Source: a virus
Length of the DNA: 64,000 nucleotides
IMG/VR virus record: IMGVR_UViG_3300045988_159421
Direction: 5' to 3' (one strand)
The stretch's first letter is position 1; the number at the start of each line of letters is the position of its first letter. Positions 27,035-37,553 of the stretch are shown here, one piece after another. The notes under the pieces were generated by a model. That model had not been told where the DNA came from, did not search any database, and worked only from the letters and a program-made list of their open reading frames with translations. The position numbers and the translations under genes were made by a program.

Positions 27035-28915
27035 CTAATCATATCCATGTTCTTTTTTAAATTCAATAAACCATTTTCTTAAAGCTAAGTATTTTTCTTC
27101 TCTAGTATCCACTTCTTCTTTTGTAGGTTTTCTACCACAACTATGCTTATTACCTTCGGGACAATATCCTAATTTTTCACAGTTAGGAACTAAATATGTT
27201 TTGTATCTCGGCTCTATTTCTACTACTTGTTTGACCATTTCTTTTACTATTGTTCTAATTGGCAACTCTGCTCGTGTGCAAAGTCGTATATTTGCTAGAT
27301 GCATTAAACATTCTAGGTTAACTGCTATATTACATTCTGTTGCTACTCCAATAGGTAATATTGTTCTAGCTATCTCATTAGCTTTTTCTCCTGTTATACC
27401 ACCATCTTCTAAGAAAGTTTGTATATAGTTATATTGGGCATTAACTATATCTTCTTGGTCTTTTATTGTCTTAACCATATATGGACTATCTAGTAACTCT
27501 GGAGCTATATATATACTTACCTTTCCATCTTTATTACAATATCTTAAGCTTTGTACATTAGTTACAAATCCTTGTGTATGTCTTACTATCTGATCTACGC
27601 AATTTCCACACCAAACTGCTTTCCCATTTCTTCTTACAAATATTATATGGTTAGGAACATTTACACAATAAACTTGGCCTTCGTAATGTTTAACCGTTTT
27701 ATGTTTTTTCAATGATACATGAGGGTATTTATTTCTAGTGTTGAAACTTACATTGATAACATATCCTACATAATTACATTTTACTGTTTTGTTGCATATT
27801 TGTATTTTCTCACCAACCAAATTTTCATTTCTAGTGTATATCATTGCAGACCATCCTGCTAAAAAGCATAATTGTTGCAATTGATTAGCCAATATTTCGG
27901 AACAAGTATAAAATTTGCCACATCCATTTTTGTCTAAATGCCCATCTCCTCTGAAATATTCATTTAAGAAAATCTGAGCATATTCTTTATTAAATTCATC
28001 ATATATATTTAATGGTATATATTTGTTAGATGCAGTCCCTAATTGTTTTAAAAATTTGCCTAATGTTAAACTATTAAATCTTATATCTCTATCTGTTACA
28101 GTTGGTGCAAATCCTAATTTTATTATTATGTCTTGTATATCTTCTTTTGTATGATTTTCTATATTTTTTTTACAATTTGTTTGTGATATTGAAATAACAT
28201 ATTTATTTTCTTTTTCGTTATAATATGTTGATCCATCAGATAAATACCATGCTAAAAATTTATAAAATGTTTTTCTATCTAATTCTAAATCTCCAGTATA
28301 CATATTACAATCTCCACCATTATTTGTTTTTTTCTTATATGTATAACCTTTAATTTTATATATATTCGGTAAATTATTTATACCTTTATATTCAAATTCC
28401 TTTGTAAGTTTTATTCTATTTACATTTATATCCTTTATAGGTGTTAAATAAGTTTTATCCTTGTCTTTTCTAACATCATATTTTTTATAATATATATTAT
28501 GGTTCTCAGTTATTGCAAGGTCGACATTTTCACTTTTAATAAAAAACATATTCCCATTATAGTTTTCCACTATTTTTTCTTTTATTTTATGAAATTCCAC
28601 CTTTTTAGTTGTATCATTTAAAGTTGCTACTATTTCATCTTCTTTTATGTCTTTGATAAACTTCCAGCCTTCTAAGGTTAATATTTCAGTTTCTTCATCG
28701 TAACAACTTCTAGGTATATTTCTAAGAGTAAACCAAGCATATAAATGTCTACTTCCACTTAGATGTCCACTCTTAAGACAGCTTTCTCCAACTTTCTCTG
28801 CATATTTTGGATCAGTGTTATAACATACTGTAGCCATAAGGCCATGCTTTTTAACAAACTCTTTTACTTCTTCTGGGTTTTGTAGTTCTATTTTAAAATC
28901 ATTTAGTGTAAACAT
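27035..28915 (-). CDS. thyX: FAD-dependent thymidylate synthase ThyX interrupted by an intein
   Basis: The exteins (70 + 188 aa) rejoin as ...[30 protein letters not shown], recreating the ThyX RHR...S..RY signature region. 626 aa in total. Confidence 0.8.
   Translation of the reverse strand: MFTLNDFKIELQNPEEVKEFVKKHGLMATVCYNTDPKYAEKVGESCLKSGHLSGSRHLYAWFTLRNIPRSCYDEETEILTLEGWKFIKDIKEDEIVATLNDTTKKVEFHKIKEKIVENYNGNMFFIKSENVDLAITENHNIYYKKYDVRKDKDKTYLTPIKDINVNRIKLTKEFEYKGINNLPNIYKIKGYTYKKKTNNGGDCNMYTGDLELDRKTFYKFLAWYLSDGSTYYNEKENKYVISISQTNCKKNIENHTKEDIQDIIIKLGFAPTVTDRDIRFNSLTLGKFLKQLGTASNKYIPLNIYDEFNKEYAQIFLNEYFRGDGHLDKNGCGKFYTCSEILANQLQQLCFLAGWSAMIYTRNENLVGEKIQICNKTVKCNYVGYVINVSFNTRNKYPHVSLKKHKTVKHYEGQVYCVNVPNHIIFVRRNGKAVWCGNCVDQIVRHTQGFVTNVQSLRYCNKDGKVSIYIAPELLDSPYMVKTIKDQEDIVNAQYNYIQTFLEDGGITGEKANEIARTILPIGVATECNIAVNLECLMHLANIRLCTRAELPIRTIVKEMVKQVVEIEPRYKTYLVPNCEKLGYCPEGNKHSCGRKPTKEEVDTREEKYLALRKWFIEFKKEHGYD
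27602..28705 (-). mobile_element. LAGLIDADG-type intein within thyX (368 aa)
   Basis: Starts with Cys71 ([10 protein letters not shown]) and ends ...VWCGN, followed by a +1 Cys. Two LAGLIDADG-like blocks: [10 protein letters not shown] and NEYFRGDGH. Confidence 0.7.
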
Positions 28916-28916
28916 A

Positions 28917-29240
28917 TTATTTTTCCTCCCATTCTTCTAATTCTTTTCTCAAATGATTTAATTTTGCCCATGCATAGTTAAATTTTTCTGTTCTTTCAAA
29001 TACATAATTTCCTTGATAATCTCTTGTGAATTTAATTTTTAACCATGATAAAGCTAATGCTAAATATGTACTTTTTACAATTTTCTTTTCCTTTGTATCT
29101 ACAGGTTTAGTTTGTTTTATAGGTCCTTGGCCATTAAGTTGTCTACATTTCTTTTCATCAGGATCTAAAAACATACATAAGTCATTAATTTTAGAACATT
29201 TTATTTGTTTCCCCACTTTTGTTGCATGTTTGCATTTCAT
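28917..29240 (-). CDS. small Cys-containing hypothetical protein
   Basis: 107-aa ORF. Confidence 0.4.
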   Translation of the reverse strand: MKCKHATKVGKQIKCSKINDLCMFLDPDEKKCRQLNGQGPIKQTKPVDTKEKKIVKSTYLALALSWLKIKFTRDYQGNYVFERTEKFNYAWAKLNHLRKELEEWEEK

Positions 29241-29388
29241 AAATTTTAACTTCCTCCCTCATTTTACCTTTAGTTAGACAGCCACAATCTTTGCATTGAC
29301 TGACTACTCCATAATCTATTTCCAAGAAGAACACCATACCCCCACAAAGAGGGCAGGCATTCTCTTTTCCTCCTAAGATTTTTCTCAT
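29191..29388 (-). CDS. zinc-ribbon mini-protein
   Basis: CPLCGG...CKDCGC in 65 aa. Confidence 0.35.
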   Translation of the reverse strand: MRKILGGKENACPLCGGMVFFLEIDYGVVSQCKDCGCLTKGKMREEVKIYEMQTCNKSGETNKMF

Positions 29389-29677
29389 GTTTTCACCACT
29401 TTATAGATTCTATTATCTCGGGTATTGAAGTTTTAGAGTGGTATGGTTTAATATCTAACCAACTCTAAACTCCTACCTAATATGTGGTTTATAAAACATT
29501 TTCAAAAAATTCTTGATTTAATTTATCATACAAATTTTCTAAAGTTTCTAATTCTATTTGCTTATCTTGAAAATCTTTTAATGAACCATGTTTATGTAAA
29601 TAACCACATTCATCATTAACTCTTTCTATCTCTAATTCTATAAAACTCATTATATTTGAATCATTCATATTGTCCTC

Positions 29678-30985
29678 CTATAATATAAGTTTAAAATCAT
29701 CTAAATCAACTTCAAAGCCTTCTAGTTCAATACTTCTAGGTTTATCAATTAAATCAGGTGTCATAAAGAATGAAGTCATTTTCATATCCTTAGTAAATTT
29801 AGGTCTTTTAGTAGCATTTGTACCATATAATACTTTAGCTCTTAGTACTTCATAACTATAACCTTTGCCAGCCTTTTCAACACTTTTAATAACGTTATTT
29901 ATAGACTCTGTATAAGCGTTTGTATAAGGCTGTAAGAAATAATTGAATATTTCATGCTTATTATTGTTGTAAGTTCTTTGAAGGTCTTTAAAAGCTTTAA
30001 AATCATCTGGTATTCTACATTCCCATTCATAGTATCTTTGAAACGCTTCATATCTATCTTCTGATGTATAAATATCTCTTATTGTTTCTTTTAACCAATA
30101 TGCTACACCAAGCTCTGGGAACTCCTCAAACCAAGTATCTCTAAGTATTATGTCTTTTTCTTTTAGGTCTTCTTTATTTTTTAATAATACCCATCTGTCA
30201 TTTGTTAAAATTCGTTTCCTATCATTAGGCAAATTAGATTTAACTTGTTTTCTAACAGTATCTAAAGCTCTTTGAGCATATTGGATAACGTGAAATTTAT
30301 CAACTACTACAGTAGCACTAGGTATTAATTCTCTACAAGCATATCTATAACCACTCCACATATCTATTGTAACTACTTCTATATCCTTATAACCTTCCAT
30401 GCTCTGAATTGTATTTTTAACAGTTTTTTTAAGATTGTCTTCGGTTATTTCAAGTAATTTATTATTTTCTGTGTCTGTGAATACACCTCTCATTTTCTTA
30501 TTTAAATGAGCCTCATCTATTCCTAATACTCTAGGTGCTTTTATAATTCTATCTGCATCTAATCTAGCTATTTCTTCTTTAAAATATTTTCTTACTGAAG
30601 TATGAGATAGTCCACAATCATATCCTACTTCTAAAAATGGCTTCCTAAGGCTTTGTTGTTGAATATATTGCTTTAGTCTAAGAGTAACTTTATCATTTCT
30701 CTCAATACTGTAGAAAGGCTGATAAAAGGTTTTACCACAACAAGGACATTTATATCTGATATGTTTTAAAACTAATATAACTGGTTTTCCATGAATAGGT
30801 ATATCTTGAATTTCTCTTTCCTTACTACTATGTATCGTAAAATTCCTTGTATCTCCCATAACAGGTGCTTCATCCCATAAACATTGGGTACATACTATTG
30901 GTCTTTCTTTTGCTACGATTGTAAACTTATAATAATATTCATTTTCTTCTTTTTTAATTACTTCAAATTCTGGTAAATTTAACAT
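29678..30985 (-). CDS. ISL3-family transposase
   Basis: 435 aa. N-terminal Zn-finger (CTQC...CPCCGK), central DDE region (GIDEAH...VVTIDMW...DKFHV). Paralogous to ORF 48825..50138. Confidence 0.75.
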   Translation of the reverse strand: MLNLPEFEVIKKEENEYYYKFTIVAKERPIVCTQCLWDEAPVMGDTRNFTIHSSKEREIQDIPIHGKPVILVLKHIRYKCPCCGKTFYQPFYSIERNDKVTLRLKQYIQQQSLRKPFLEVGYDCGLSHTSVRKYFKEEIARLDADRIIKAPRVLGIDEAHLNKKMRGVFTDTENNKLLEITEDNLKKTVKNTIQSMEGYKDIEVVTIDMWSGYRYACRELIPSATVVVDKFHVIQYAQRALDTVRKQVKSNLPNDRKRILTNDRWVLLKNKEDLKEKDIILRDTWFEEFPELGVAYWLKETIRDIYTSEDRYEAFQRYYEWECRIPDDFKAFKDLQRTYNNNKHEIFNYFLQPYTNAYTESINNVIKSVEKAGKGYSYEVLRAKVLYGTNATKRPKFTKDMKMTSFFMTPDLIDKPRSIELEGFEVDLDDFKLIL

Positions 30986-31052
30986 TCTCCCACCTCTTTA
31001 TTTAAAATATTACTAGATTGTAACAAATTTCAAGGTGGGTGTAAATAGATTT

Positions 31053-31808
31053 TTATGAAATGTTTTCAATTCTATCTTTTGCTATATTAAAATAATTTTC
31101 ATCTAATTCAATTCCTACAAACCTTCTATTTGTATTCATACAAGCCACACCCGTACTACCACTACCCATTGTAAAATCTAATACTAAATCATTTTCATTG
31201 GTATAAGATTTAATTATCCATTCCATTAATTCTATAGGTTTCTCTGTAGGATGTAAGGGCTTCTTACCGCCAGCACTAACTCTATTTATTTTTCTTATAG
31301 TTGTAGGAGTTCTTTTTCCTTCATTTATCCAAGTTCCACTATTATCTGATTTAAAATTTGTATCATTTTTCCCATTAGTTCTGTTATTTTTTCTTATATA
31401 TGGATTTCCTTCATCACATATTCTATTATAGTTAGGTTGTTTTTCGTAAAAAACACTTATATTTTCATGGATATTAAGTGGTTTTCTATTTGCATTTCCA
31501 AAATCAGTACCCTTATCTTTTTGCCATATTATCTCATATCTAAAATCTTTCAAATTACTCATATTTAAAGCACTTGTAAATGGTTGATTTCCAAATAAAA
31601 TAATAGGAGTATTTTTCTTTTTTAATTTATTTAATCTTTTCCACATTTCATCAAAAGGTATTATTTTATCCCATTCACAAGTTTTAGTTATTTTTCCATA
31701 AGGTGGGTCTGTAATTATAGCATCAAACTTTACTCCCAAGCTAATTAATCCATCCATTACTTCTAAACAATCTCCTTGATATAATCTATATCTTCCATTT
31801 TCAATCAT
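31053..31808 (-). CDS. DNA methyltransferase (beta-class N6-adenine/N4-cytosine)
   Basis: Catalytic ITDPPYGK near the N-terminus and SAM-binding FTMGSGSTG near the C-terminus. Confidence 0.85.
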   Translation of the reverse strand: MIENGRYRLYQGDCLEVMDGLISLGVKFDAIITDPPYGKITKTCEWDKIIPFDEMWKRLNKLKKKNTPIILFGNQPFTSALNMSNLKDFRYEIIWQKDKGTDFGNANRKPLNIHENISVFYEKQPNYNRICDEGNPYIRKNNRTNGKNDTNFKSDNSGTWINEGKRTPTTIRKINRVSAGGKKPLHPTEKPIELMEWIIKSYTNENDLVLDFTMGSGSTGVACMNTNRRFVGIELDENYFNIAKDRIENIS

Positions 31809-31895
31809 TCAATCACTCCTATTCAACCACTCTAATATTTCAAGAAAGTATATATTATTTATTATTAATTGTTTATCTATAACCACCTTTAAGTT

Positions 31896-32084
31896 TCAAT
31901 ACCCTTCATGTTCTTCTCCTATATACCAATCTTCTGGAATATCCTCTAAAGTGCAACTCCCTAGTATATCATATATAGGGCAGTTACCTGATTCATACAT
32001 ATCATCACATTGTTTACCTGTAACAGATTTACAAGTTTGTTGAATTACTCTAAGTGCTTTTATTAACTCTTTTCTATCTTCCAT
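31896..32084 (-). CDS. small hypothetical protein
   Basis: 62-aa ORF. Confidence 0.35.
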   Translation of the reverse strand: MEDRKELIKALRVIQQTCKSVTGKQCDDMYESGNCPIYDILGSCTLEDIPEDWYIGEEHEGY

Positions 32085-32466
32085 TAATCTGTCTCCTTAT
32101 TTAATCTTTCTATCTCTCTATTTAAATACCATGATGCTTTTTTAAGGTCCTCTAATTCTTTATTTGAGTCTTTTTTACCAGCTCTAGAAACATATTTAAT
32201 TACATTACCTCTAGCAAAATTTAGTTGTTTATCTTCAATAAAATCCATTACCTCTATATTTCCATCAGTATAATGTGATGGATGGTTAACTGGGTCATTT
32301 ATTTATTCTATTTCTTTTTTAGAATTTTCACATACTTCTTTTATTGTATATATTTTTTCTTCCCAATGTTCACAAGCTTGGTGTATGTTTGTTAGTAAAA
32401 AGATTTTACATTCATTATTTACGTAATTTTTACAGTTTTCACATTTTTTTAAAAAATCATTACTCA

Positions 32467-32859
32467 TTATTTCACCTCCAATAGCTCTGGATTTTCAAAC
32501 TTATTTCCTATTATTTCAGATACAGTCCATATACTTGGTGACATAAAATTACTTTTATCACTATTTAATGCATCAAAACAAGCATCTTCCTTATCCCAAA
32601 CTACTAAATAATTTTCATATTTGCCATTATGCAGTTTGCATTTTACTATATCTCCCTCATATATTTCATTTCCGTTAGCATCTTTACAACCTGTATATTG
32701 TCCGGCACTTTCCTTATCTACAATAAATACTTCTCTAATACCAGCTGTTACATATGCATTAGATGAACCATCTATAAAAATTGATTGATGTAATCCATAA
32801 CCATAAACCCATCTTTTATCGAATTTGTCATACCCTCTGAATTTTATTTCTCTATTCAT
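32467..32859 (-). CDS. YopX-family phage protein
   Basis: N-terminus REIKFRGYDKFDKRWVYG and C-terminus IIGNKFENPELL are typical of YopX. Confidence 0.65.
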   Translation of the reverse strand: MNREIKFRGYDKFDKRWVYGYGLHQSIFIDGSSNAYVTAGIREVFIVDKESAGQYTGCKDANGNEIYEGDIVKCKLHNGKYENYLVVWDKEDACFDALNSDKSNFMSPSIWTVSEIIGNKFENPELLEVK

Positions 32860-32983
32860 AATCTTCCTCCAATTCCTTTTCAGCTAATTTAATAGCATCA
32901 ATAGGTTTATATCCCTTTTCTATGTATTTCTTAGCCAGTTCGACTAATTCTTCGTATCTTGCTAATATCGTTCTAATCACCTC

Positions 32984-33973
32984 CTAAAAGAAACTAAGTT
33001 GATTATATTGAACTTTTGCTTTTACCCAAGGTCCATATTCTTCAAAATTTGTACACTTTTTATAAATTCTGCTATTAACCCATCTAGCAAAATGTTTAAG
33101 TCTTAAATCTGGTATTTGATTATAAATCATTACAAAAGGGTCTACCTTTAAGGAAGTTAACGTTCTAAATCTGTACATATCTTCCTCGAAAGTAGTGTTA
33201 TATCCAACTAGCATAAAACACATATGTTTATACTTCTTCACATGCTTACTAAGTGTTTCAATACCTTCTAGGACTTTTCTTTCGTGTCCCATTAAATCCC
33301 AAGCATAGTGTAAACTTCTTAAATGTTTTACTTGTCCTAACCAGTAAGCCTTTTCATCTGTCATAAGCCTTACATCGCAGCCTTGATTTATATCGACTTT
33401 TAATTTTCGTTCTTTTATTTCTTTTAACTTGTCGATACAATACGGATCGGCAGTAAAGTTGTTATCATGCAAGATTAATACATTACTTTTAGGATTAAGT
33501 AAATCACTTATTTCAGCTACATCATGAAACTCACCTTCTTTTTCTGGTACAAAGCAAAATCCACAATTTCTTACACAACCTCTAGATGTATATCCCATAC
33601 CAGCCTCTACAATTTCTTTTGCCTTTTTTCTTTTATGTTCCTTCGTTCCAATACCTTTCATTCTGCTAGCTATTTCTTCGATGCTATATAGCTCATAATC
33701 TGGTCTAAGTTTTTCAATTTCATCAGGCAAAGTCTTTTTTATATCCCAGCCTGTTCCACCGATTTCTATTTTATCTTCATATTTGTTTGCTAAATCTTCA
33801 CAAATTAATTTACTTCTAGTAAAGATTGCACTAGCAAATATTTTTTCATATTCTTTTCCTTCTTGCACAAACTCGACTGTTTCTCCGATTGATTTGTAAT
33901 AAGTTGAAAGTTTCATAAGTGCAAGATTAGGAATTTTACTATCTACATCTATTAATCCAATCATTTTATTCAC
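32984..33973 (-). CDS. radical SAM enzyme
   Basis: CxxxCxxC cluster motif CVRNCGFC. N-terminal Rossmann-like LIDVDSKIPNLALMKLSTYY. Confidence 0.6.
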   Translation of the reverse strand: MNKMIGLIDVDSKIPNLALMKLSTYYKSIGETVEFVQEGKEYEKIFASAIFTRSKLICEDLANKYEDKIEIGGTGWDIKKTLPDEIEKLRPDYELYSIEEIASRMKGIGTKEHKRKKAKEIVEAGMGYTSRGCVRNCGFCFVPEKEGEFHDVAEISDLLNPKSNVLILHDNNFTADPYCIDKLKEIKERKLKVDINQGCDVRLMTDEKAYWLGQVKHLRSLHYAWDLMGHERKVLEGIETLSKHVKKYKHMCFMLVGYNTTFEEDMYRFRTLTSLKVDPFVMIYNQIPDLRLKHFARWVNSRIYKKCTNFEEYGPWVKAKVQYNQLSFF

Positions 33974-34303
33974 CTACAATATTTCTAATAAAATATCCAT
34001 TATATTATTTATATACTCTTCTTCGCTTATATTGTAATTATCTAGATGTTCTTTTATATCAAATTCGCAATCAAGTCTTTCATGTATAGTTTCAGCTATA
34101 TTTTGGTAGTCTAATCCTTTTATGCTTTCTTTTTCCTCTTTAGTGAAAGCTAGTATTTTACCTCTGCCTTCTCCGTTAATTATTCTATAACCTCTCTTAG
34201 TAACTATAGCTGAATCTCCTTTAGCTACTTTTAATTTCTTATTACTAAGTTCGCTAGTTATTTCAAATGTTTTATCAAAATCGATTTTTTGCCCTAATTT
34301 CAT
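33974..34303 (-). CDS. hypothetical protein
   Basis: 109-aa ORF abutting the radical SAM gene. Confidence 0.4.
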   Translation of the reverse strand: MKLGQKIDFDKTFEITSELSNKKLKVAKGDSAIVTKRGYRIINGEGRGKILAFTKEEKESIKGLDYQNIAETIHERLDCEFDIKEHLDNYNISEEEYINNIMDILLEIL

Positions 34304-34323
34304 ATTTTACCCCCTTAAATTTT

Positions 34324-35328
34324 TTATTTTTCCTCATAAAAAGTTATATTTTTTAATACTATGTCGAATGTTCCATTTTCGTTTTTTCTAAAGCTGTATT
34401 TCATTGGATCTTCAAAATCTGTTAACTTTCCTTTTATACTAAAACCAGTATCAGTTTTTATATTTCTGTTTTTAAGTTTCTTTTCAATCCATTTCTTGTC
34501 TATTTCAAAGTTTTCAGTTAAACCTCTATCCTCCATATGTTCATTAAAGCTTTCTTGTAATTCTTTATCTTGAATACTATTTTCAGCAAATTTTTTAACA
34601 TCTAGAGTTTCTTTTTCTTTTAAAGTATAATTAAGCATACTTCTTATATCTTCGGCCATTTTCAAATCTTCTGATATTGCATTTGTTATCCAGTTATCTG
34701 CAGTTTTCTTAAATACTTTTGTTTTATATTTATCATCTTCTATCTTTTCAGCATTTAGAAACTCTGTTAAAAATTTAGTTTCTAGTTGGTCCTTTTCTGC
34801 ATCTTTGTCTAATAATCTAAAGTGATAATAATCATTCACTCCATTAGGTCCAACTATTACACATTGCTTTTGTCGGCCTGTTTCAGGTATACCTATCTCA
34901 TTTGATGCGATTTGTATGTTAAATTTATCTTCTACATATTCTATTGAATGAGTATAAAGTTTTTTATAATCAAGTTTTATAATTGCTACATTTTTTTCAT
35001 CTTTAACACTGTATAAACATATTGCTAAATCACAAGAATCTATTTCATTATTTCGTTGCATTACTTCAAATAAATATGCTGCTATCTCTTTTGAGTTTTG
35101 TAAGAATGTCTTTTCATCGTAAATTATTTGTTCACAGCAATTTTTTACGATATTATCGTTGTAATCTTTGAATTTTGCTTTTCTTAGATCATCATCTTTT
35201 AAAACTCTAGTTATTATCTTTTGGAAAAACTTATCTACTTCTAAACTATTTTTACATTCATAGTCATTTAATATTGGAGCATCACTATTTGTATCTAGTA
35301 CATGTATTATTGATTTATGTATTATCAT
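34324..35328 (-). CDS. nucleoid-associated protein (NdpA/YejK-like)
   Basis: 334 aa. The N-terminus IIHKSIIHVLD resembles the family N-terminus. Recognised from memory only. Confidence 0.4.
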   Translation of the reverse strand: MIIHKSIIHVLDTNSDAPILNDYECKNSLEVDKFFQKIITRVLKDDDLRKAKFKDYNDNIVKNCCEQIIYDEKTFLQNSKEIAAYLFEVMQRNNEIDSCDLAICLYSVKDEKNVAIIKLDYKKLYTHSIEYVEDKFNIQIASNEIGIPETGRQKQCVIVGPNGVNDYYHFRLLDKDAEKDQLETKFLTEFLNAEKIEDDKYKTKVFKKTADNWITNAISEDLKMAEDIRSMLNYTLKEKETLDVKKFAENSIQDKELQESFNEHMEDRGLTENFEIDKKWIEKKLKNRNIKTDTGFSIKGKLTDFEDPMKYSFRKNENGTFDIVLKNITFYEEK

Positions 35329-35798
35329 TTTTCTTCCCCTTTCAATGCATCTTGGCCAAATAAGGCTACTGCCATTTTTTCGATTATTTTCTTTTTAATG
35401 TAATGTACATTTGCTATTGTACAATCAAACTCCTCGGCAATATCTTTAAGAGTTTTTTCTTCAAAGTAAATATATTTAAATATCTTTCTTTGTTTTTCAC
35501 TCATGCTTTTAAACACTTCTGATATCACCTTTCTGTTTTTTTTATGTTCAAATATATCTCCCTCAACTTTTGCAATTAAATCATCTATTCTTATAACTTC
35601 ATTTTCTATAGGTCTATTAATTGCATGAGTTGGAGAAGATTTAACCATATCATTACAAACTGCCTTTATCGCCCCCCTATCTCCGTCCTTTATCTTTTTT
35701 ATATGTTCTTCCTTTTGCTGTATATAGATAGTTATAAATTTCATGTTTTTTAAAATCATTTCTGTTTCTTCCATAACATCTTTATTCAAACATTCCAC
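35325..35798 (-). CDS. sigma-70-family (region 4) transcription factor
   Basis: C-terminus SEKQRKIFKYIYFEEKTLKDIAEEFDCTIANVHYIKKKIIEKM is a region-4 HTH. Confidence 0.55.
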   Translation of the reverse strand: MECLNKDVMEETEMILKNMKFITIYIQQKEEHIKKIKDGDRGAIKAVCNDMVKSSPTHAINRPIENEVIRIDDLIAKVEGDIFEHKKNRKVISEVFKSMSEKQRKIFKYIYFEEKTLKDIAEEFDCTIANVHYIKKKIIEKMAVALFGQDALKGEEK

Positions 35799-35841
35799 CT
35801 CATTATTTTAATTTTGTAGATAAAATAATTTTCTTGAATGT

Positions 35842-36246
35842 TTATATCATTTTCTTGAACTCCCAACCTCTTTCGATTAACTTTGCCATATGTTTTATTC
35901 GACCTTCTTCTAAGAGATTGATTAATCCCATTTTGTCTAAAAGTCCTAAAGATGCTTGAACCATATCAAAGAATTCTTCGATTATATGTTCTTTTTCTTC
36001 ATTTGTTCCACTTTCTGCTTCGAATTTTGCTACTGCTCCAATAAATTCAGCTTGTTCTTCTGTTACTTTCATCATTTGTTCTATAGTAGAAATATAATTT
36101 TCAGCTAGAAGAGGCATTATGTATTTGTTGTATTCTATTTTTTTGTATTCTTCTTTATAACACTCATCACATATTCCAAAGAAGTCTCCAACAGTTTGAG
36201 GATCTTCATATTCTCTATTGCATTCTTTGCACTTCTTCATAATCAA
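35842..36246 (-). CDS. MazG-like all-alpha NTP pyrophosphohydrolase with an N-terminal Zn-ribbon
   Basis: CKEC...CDEC, then EEQAEFIGAV...EEFFDMVQA acidic helices. Confidence 0.35.
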   Translation of the reverse strand: MIMKKCKECNREYEDPQTVGDFFGICDECYKEEYKKIEYNKYIMPLLAENYISTIEQMMKVTEEQAEFIGAVAKFEAESGTNEEKEHIIEEFFDMVQASLGLLDKMGLINLLEEGRIKHMAKLIERGWEFKKMI

Positions 36247-36490
36247 CCTCCCAGTCTAAAAAGTAATTTAAACAATCTTTGCAACTTTTAAATTTTGTAC
36301 AATTTTTTATATAAAAATCACTTTTACATAAGTCTATTTGTATTAAATCAGTTATAACATCACAAGAGCTTTTTAAGTTTTCAACTAAATATTTAAATAC
36401 CTGGTCTTTATCACTCTCTATTCTGCCTTTACTCATAAGAGCTACGTATTGAAAAACTTTCACTTTATCACCATCCTCTAACTCCAGCAT
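36215..36490 (-). CDS. hypothetical protein
   Basis: 91-aa ORF. Confidence 0.35.
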   Translation of the reverse strand: MLELEDGDKVKVFQYVALMSKGRIESDKDQVFKYLVENLKSSCDVITDLIQIDLCKSDFYIKNCTKFKSCKDCLNYFLDWEVDYEEVQRMQ

Positions 36491-36857
36491 ATTGAACTTC
36501 TTTCGTCTTTAACTCTTTTAAATATGCATCTAGTTCATTTGGATTAAGTTTATAAACCTTAATTGTATTTCCATTAGTTTTTTCTAATTTTTGTACTTTT
36601 GGTACAAATGCATTTTTAATATTTTTACTTGTTCTTAAGCATCCACAACTTTTTACTTTCTTTTTTAGTAAACTAGATCTAACTACTAATTTTTCATTTC
36701 CACACTCACATTTACATAAGTAATAATCGTATTTTATTTTTCCTCTATTTCTTTTTCCAGCATACTCTACAACTGTAAGCTTTCCTATTTTCTTTCCTAC
36801 TAAATCTTGTTTGTCAACTTTTCCAAAAGGTCTTCCCATTATATTAACCCCCTTCAA
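36468..36857 (-). CDS. hypothetical Cys-rich basic protein
   Basis: 129-aa ORF with CKCECGN...CGC. Confidence 0.4.
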   Translation of the reverse strand: MKGVNIMGRPFGKVDKQDLVGKKIGKLTVVEYAGKRNRGKIKYDYYLCKCECGNEKLVVRSSLLKKKVKSCGCLRTSKNIKNAFVPKVQKLEKTNGNTIKVYKLNPNELDAYLKELKTKEVQYAGVRGW

Positions 36858-37070
36858 GATTTTACTATTTTTTATTTTCTATTTTCTTTATATATTTTTT
36901 TACAAAGGAAACAGGTCTGTTTATGTTGTAAGCTATTTCTAATGCACTATAACCTTTTTTATACAATCTTTTTAACTTTCTTATTTCTAAATCAGTTGTT
37001 ATTTTGCCTCCCATATTCATCACCTTTTCATAGCCCCAGGAGGTTTTACGCCTCCTAGGATATTTATTAG

Positions 37071-37238
37071 TTAATTTTCTTCTTTTAAAGGTATAATTCT
37101 TATTTCTTTTAAAATTGAATCATACTCTACTGTCAGAAGAGTTTCTCTATTTATGTGTAACAATCTTCTTAATTCTGCAGGTATAGATACTCTTCCTAAT
37201 TTATCTATCTTTCTTATATTTCCTACTCTTTCTTTCAT
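37071..37238 (-). CDS. AbrB/SpoVT-family small regulator (55 aa)
   Basis: My translation is MKERVGNIRKIDKLGRVSIPAELRRLLHINRETLLTVEYD..., containing the D.LGRV.IP.ELR AbrB signature. Below the track cutoff. Confidence 0.6.
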   Translation of the reverse strand: MKERVGNIRKIDKLGRVSIPAELRRLLHINRETLLTVEYDSILKEIRIIPLKEEN

Positions 37239-37240
37239 AG

Positions 37241-37543
37241 TTACTCCTTATCTTTTAATAACTCTGCAAGTTTTTCTATAGCACTTTTAAGAACATCTTC
37301 TATATCTATTTCTTCTGTTTCAGTATGTGATTTAATTATTGTATCTTTACTTCTTAGTTGTATTATTTTTTCTGTTGCTCTAGTTAAAATTTTTAATAAC
37401 TTTGTTTCGTCTGCATTACATTCATCTGCTATTCCTTTTAAAGCTCCATAGTTTAAATATGCTAATTCAGTTAATATTTCTGCTCTATTTTCACTTACTA
37501 TATCCATCTCTACTTTTCCATCATTTACTATTGCTTTTATCAT
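37241..37543 (-). CDS. hypothetical protein
   Basis: 100-aa ORF. Confidence 0.4.
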   Translation of the reverse strand: MIKAIVNDGKVEMDIVSENRAEILTELAYLNYGALKGIADECNADETKLLKILTRATEKIIQLRSKDTIIKSHTETEEIDIEDVLKSAIEKLAELLKDKE

Positions 37544-37553
37544 CTTTTACCCC

